From assembly GCA_036172245.1 (NCBI GenBank), contig JAYWIR010000022.1, forward strand, positions 62,001 through 126,000: a stretch of DNA of 64,000 bases, in the 5' to 3' direction. Positions 59,819 through 64,000 of this stretch are shown piece by piece. Source of the stretch: Raillietiella orientalis (lineage: Eukaryota). How positions within the stretch are numbered: position 1 is the first letter of the stretch; each line of letters starts with the position of its first letter. A model generated the notes under the pieces. That model had not been told where the DNA came from and did no database searches. It saw only the letters and a list, made by a program, of their open reading frames with translations. A program made the position numbers and the translations under genes.

Positions 59819-62800
59819 AAGTCGGTCACCGCGGAGGGGACGACCGCACGGACGTGGGTTCGAAGCCGCGGTCGCCGTCGCCGCCTCGCTATAGGGCGGG
59901 GAGAAGAAAGAAGGGAGGCCGAGGGAGAGGGGGGCTGCTGGTTCGGCTGCTCGTTTCCCTGGGTGAGGGAGAGGATAGGCAGGTGGCGCCGGTCATACGG
60001 CGCAGATGCGCAGGGGCTTCCTGCGTGCCTGCCGAGGGCGCATCCGCTCCGGAAGGGCGCGCGCGCGCCTCCCGACAGGAAGTTCACCTCAGCGAGACGA
60101 GGGGAGGCTTCCCGGTTGCAAGAGGGAGGGAGGGAGGGGATGAGGCGCGCGTCCCTCCGGAGAGAGGGATGGACGGACGGGAGGGAGCGAGAGAGCGACC
60201 ACGCCCTCGTCGAGCCCGGCTTGATCGATAATTCCGCCGGTCCGTCCGTCCATCCGTCCGTCCCCCAGAGCGGAAGGGGGGAGAGAGGAAAGGGGAGGGA
60301 AGGAGTCCGCGTTTTTTTCCCTTTCTTCCTTTTCTTCCCTTTTTTCCCTCCCCCCCCCCCCCTGCCCCTACAGAGCGCGCCTTCCTGGTCTCCACGGCAA
60401 CGGCGGCTGCTTCCCAGGGAGAGGAAGAGGCAGCGCCTAGTCTTGCAGGGGAGAGGGCTCATGGTCTTTCCCCGGCCTGTGCGGCTTCCTTCCCCACCCG
60501 TTCCCCCCACGGAAGGCAGCCTCGACTTCGCGGCCACCACTCTCCGTCTGCCACGGATTCCCTCCCTTTCCACTTCCGCCTGCTCAGGCCGCTCCCCGCC
60601 TGCCCCTTGGGAGCTTCCCCTAGGCAGGGAGGGCTCTCGCCGCCAAGGGTGACAGGTGGAGAGCCTCCCGTTCCCCCGAGGGGCGCATGCGCAGCCAGCA
60701 GCTGACGGCGGCGGCGCAAGAGGGGGAAAAGAGGCAAAGAGGGAGAGAGCGGCGCCGGCGGCAGCAGTGGAGGGGGAGAGAAGAGGTGCCCTCAGACGCG
60801 CGCGCGCGCGAGAGAGATGAAAGCGGATGCGGAAGCTCATCCCCCTGGGCGCGCATCCGCAGAGCGAATGGAGCGCGAAGGCGACTCCGGCTGAGGCGAC
60901 CGGAAAAGAGGAGGGCGAGCAGGGGCGTGGCTCCGCTCCCGAGGCGGAGAGCTCCGGGAAGTCCTACGAGAGGGGCAGGCGAACCGGAAGGAGGAGGAGG
61001 AGGAGGAAGAGAGGGGCCAGTCGCTTCCCAGTCCCGTGGAGCTCCCCCTCCCGGGCGCGAGCTATGCGCGGTGGGGGAGCTCGAGGGGGGGAATCTGACA
61101 GACCACCCCGTCGCCCGTCCGTCAGCGGCTCGCGGCACTCTCTGAGAGCCGAGAACGCATCGCCGGACCGGCGGTCACCGCGGTCCTCTGTTCCTTCTCT
61201 TTCCCTCTTCTCTTCTTCTTCCTCTTCGTTTCTTTTTCTTTCTTTCTTTCTTTTTTTTTTGGTCTTCCTCCTCCTCTCCCCTCCTTTCTTTCTTTCTTTC
61301 TTTTCGTTTTCCCGCCTCCCCCGTCTATTCAAATCATCAATCAAAGATGGACAGTGGGAAATGAGAACCTCATCTTTCGCAGTTGCCTAACAACGCCGAG
61401 TTCCCGGTATGAGAAGGCAGAGAGACGCAGAGGGGACGTAACAAATAAATTGCTCCAGGAAGATGACTTTTTAATTGCACGTCAAACGCGAGCTTGCCGC
61501 TCTATCACAGAGAGAGCTCCAGATCGAACATCCAACCTGGTTGAGAGAGCCATGCTGACCGGGTACGGAGTTGGGCAACGCTAATTTTGCGCTCGGAACG
61601 CTCGCGGGATTCCCCTGGTCCATCGGCTAATTTATGGTTTCCTGCACACCAGCGCCGATGCATCTGATTACCTGTAGGCATTCGATTATTAGCCGTGCAG
61701 CCTTCCTGCATCTCCCTGTGAACCGCACAGAAAGTGAAGCCAAATGACTGTGTTCAGAATTACTTAGTGGCAATTTAACTGACGGACACAAACACGCGGT
61801 TTCCATGGGGACGTCCCACTCGGAGACGAGAGCTCGAAAGTTGAGGCCCACGGGGAGGCTGGAGATTCGTGCGGTGGCACAGCCCCAGCAATGAGCCCTT
61901 GTGCTCCGCGCCACGATCCGAATTCGGACCTTGGCAGCATCCAGTCCCTGTTAGAACGGAGATCGTCCGGCAACAGCATCCCGGTGACCTGGAGCAGCAA
62001 CGATATGCGGTTGCGTGTGAGCTGGTGCATCGACAGACAGACTTTTTCTGGGTTTTCCTTTGAGATTGAGCAAGAGAAACTCCTCAGTATTTCTAATGAT
62101 CTTAGCAGCAACGTTATTTCATTGTTTTTTTTTTGTCATTTTATTTTTTTTTCTTTTGTTGTTGTTGTTTTTCTTGTTTCGTCATTGTTTTTACTACTTT
62201 CGATGCTGTTTCGATGGTCTCACATTTCACTGGTTGTTTCCCGATGGGAGTGCTTTTCCAGCTCATTGCAGTACATCAGTCGGGAAAAAGCCAACAAGAT
62301 ACCCTCAACGAGGAATTGCACGACTCAGAAAGCCCTACAGCTCTCAAGCTGGAGGACTCCCACTCTCCTAATTCAGAGAATTAGAATCCCCTCTGAAAAT
62401 TTCCGATCTCCTTCCGAAACGATTCTTCTCGGTCCTAGGGATGCGCAGGCACTGACACAGGGGATCAAATGTGTTCTCACCTAGTACCGAACACCAATAA
62501 CACGAAAATGTTGGTCACGTATTCAGCTTCGCCCGTATTTCTTTCCTCCCTGCATGTTCGCTGTTCGGCGACTTTGTTTTAAGCCTAGGACTGAGCCGCA
62601 TTGTTGCTACCGGAGACAGGATAGCCACAGTTGCCATCAGAAATAAATGTGGAATTCAGTGAAAAGTTTCCTCTTTTTTTCCTTACTCTCTCTCTCTCTT
62701 CTCCTACAGTGAATGATTCCGTTCTGAGAGTTTTGTATGAGACTTTTCTTAAACTGTACTAATATTGCTTTTTATCCTGCCAGAGCATATGCTCAGCATC

Positions 62801-64000
62801 GCTTTTCCTAACATAGACGGCTGTAGCAGCAGTGTCCCAGTGGGAACGCGGACAGCCTGAGAAACAGGAAGTTTCCGAGGAAGAATTTTGAAATTTCTGT
62901 TTGGAATGGAAACTTTGGAACCCAAACTTCGTTGGAACGAACACGTTCTACTGGGAGGGAAACACGAACAAGTTGCAGAAAGAATTGCTATACATCATTA
63001 GCTAAGGACTCACCATCGTGTTCGAGTAGCAGTAAGTAGTGTTTTGAAATAGTAAAGCAGATTCCGAAACTGCAGTTGTTTAAAATAAAATAAGCCTCGG
63101 AGAATCTAAAAACAGTACATGTGAGAAGTGTGACGCATGTTTATATGGCGTCACATGTTCATTTTGAGTTATGAACTGAGGCTGCCACTTCACAATCATT
63201 TGCGAACATGCAGGAGTAATCGACAGCTTTTCTAGAGACAGCAAGCTGCTGATGGGTTCTGCAGATCCAAGTAGGAGGAATTTTGCAATGGTTACATGTA
63301 ATAGCAAAAAATGACATTTTTGTGGAACAACGTGAAAAGAAAAGAAAAAAAAAAAAAATCTCCTAATTGGCGTTTACAAGCTTATCATTTCCCTAATTGG
63401 GCTAATGGCTGCTACAAAGACTTCATCGAGAATCACCTAATGTCTGTGTTTCAAAAAACACATGCTGTATCGGTATTTAGTAATGGGAAGTCTCTTTGCC
63501 GAGCGAGCGTTCACTGTTAACGAACGAATGCACAAAGGGGACGGCGATAAATAAGGAGCTGCGGAAGGTCAACAGGCATCCACTGTGAATTCGTGGAAGA
63601 CTGTACGGTGGGATGTACCTGCACAATCGCTAATTGGTGTACGAGCTGAAACTCTCCACGAATGTTCTTGTGTGGTGTGTTCTGACATCCTCACATTAAA
63701 GTTGCTGCGTTTCTCCCTGATCTCTGGCGATTACGTATGCAGTTGGGGGGATTCTCAGTTTGAAAACTAAAGGTCGAGACACTTAATTACAGAGCTCAAC
63801 TTTCGCTAAAAGCAATGGATGCGATCATACTGTAGCTTATAAAATAATTTTGGAACAGGATACAACTAGTAATTATCATACAGGTTTGATTCCGTAGGAC
63901 TTGAAACCTTTAAAGCATCGATCTTGTGTGGAATTCCGAAATCGATCCATGCTATGTGGAAAAAGAAAACTATGAATATGTAATCCATACGTTTCCTTTG

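Noticed and set aside
34200..61400. Numerous long overlapping ORFs (e.g. 36254..37369, 36969..38195, 41560..42840, 51639..52583, 57621..58709, 58296..59522, 59537..60652)
   Set aside because: R/G/P/A/S-rich translations in all frames are typical of stop-poor GC-rich non-coding DNA. No domains recognised.
59681..64000. First coding exon of spineless (expected ...YATKRRRRNGKS)
   Set aside because: No matching sequence found on the - strand; presumably beyond the window.
1..64000. CRISPR arrays, operons or other prokaryotic systems
   Set aside because: No regularly spaced repeats. Spliceosomal introns, snRNA and metazoan genes show the window is eukaryotic.

Overview
Eukaryotic genomic DNA from an arthropod (a chelicerate-like origin is a guess from sequence character only). 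No prokaryotic features or CRISPR arrays were seen. Positions 1-1.5 kb are the end of a large K/S/E-rich coding exon. Positions 2.9-18 kb are a nest of decayed retroelements. Its centrepiece is a U2 snRNA copy split in the order U2 5' end | tRNA-headed SINE | 11-nt U2 target copy | degenerate full-length Utopia-type (R2/NeSL-like, RLE) retrotransposon | U2 3' part. The Utopia is itself interrupted by a fold-back mariner derivative. Next come a small C2H2 zinc-finger gene (-), a long inverted repeat, a probable decayed Mab-21/cGAS-like pseudogene (-) and a complete 4-exon TMEM107 gene (+) with a 55-nt U12-type intron. A GC/CpG-rich zone then carries RFX X-boxes, an orphan transmembrane exon and a BEL/Pao remnant. 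The window ends with eight coding exons of spineless/AhR (bHLH-PAS, - strand, first exon not found in the window), including an inferred GC-AG intron. The most novel candidate is a tRNA-derived SINE that appears to have been inserted at the Utopia target site in U2 snRNA. All homology calls are by-eye motif recognition; no searches were run.
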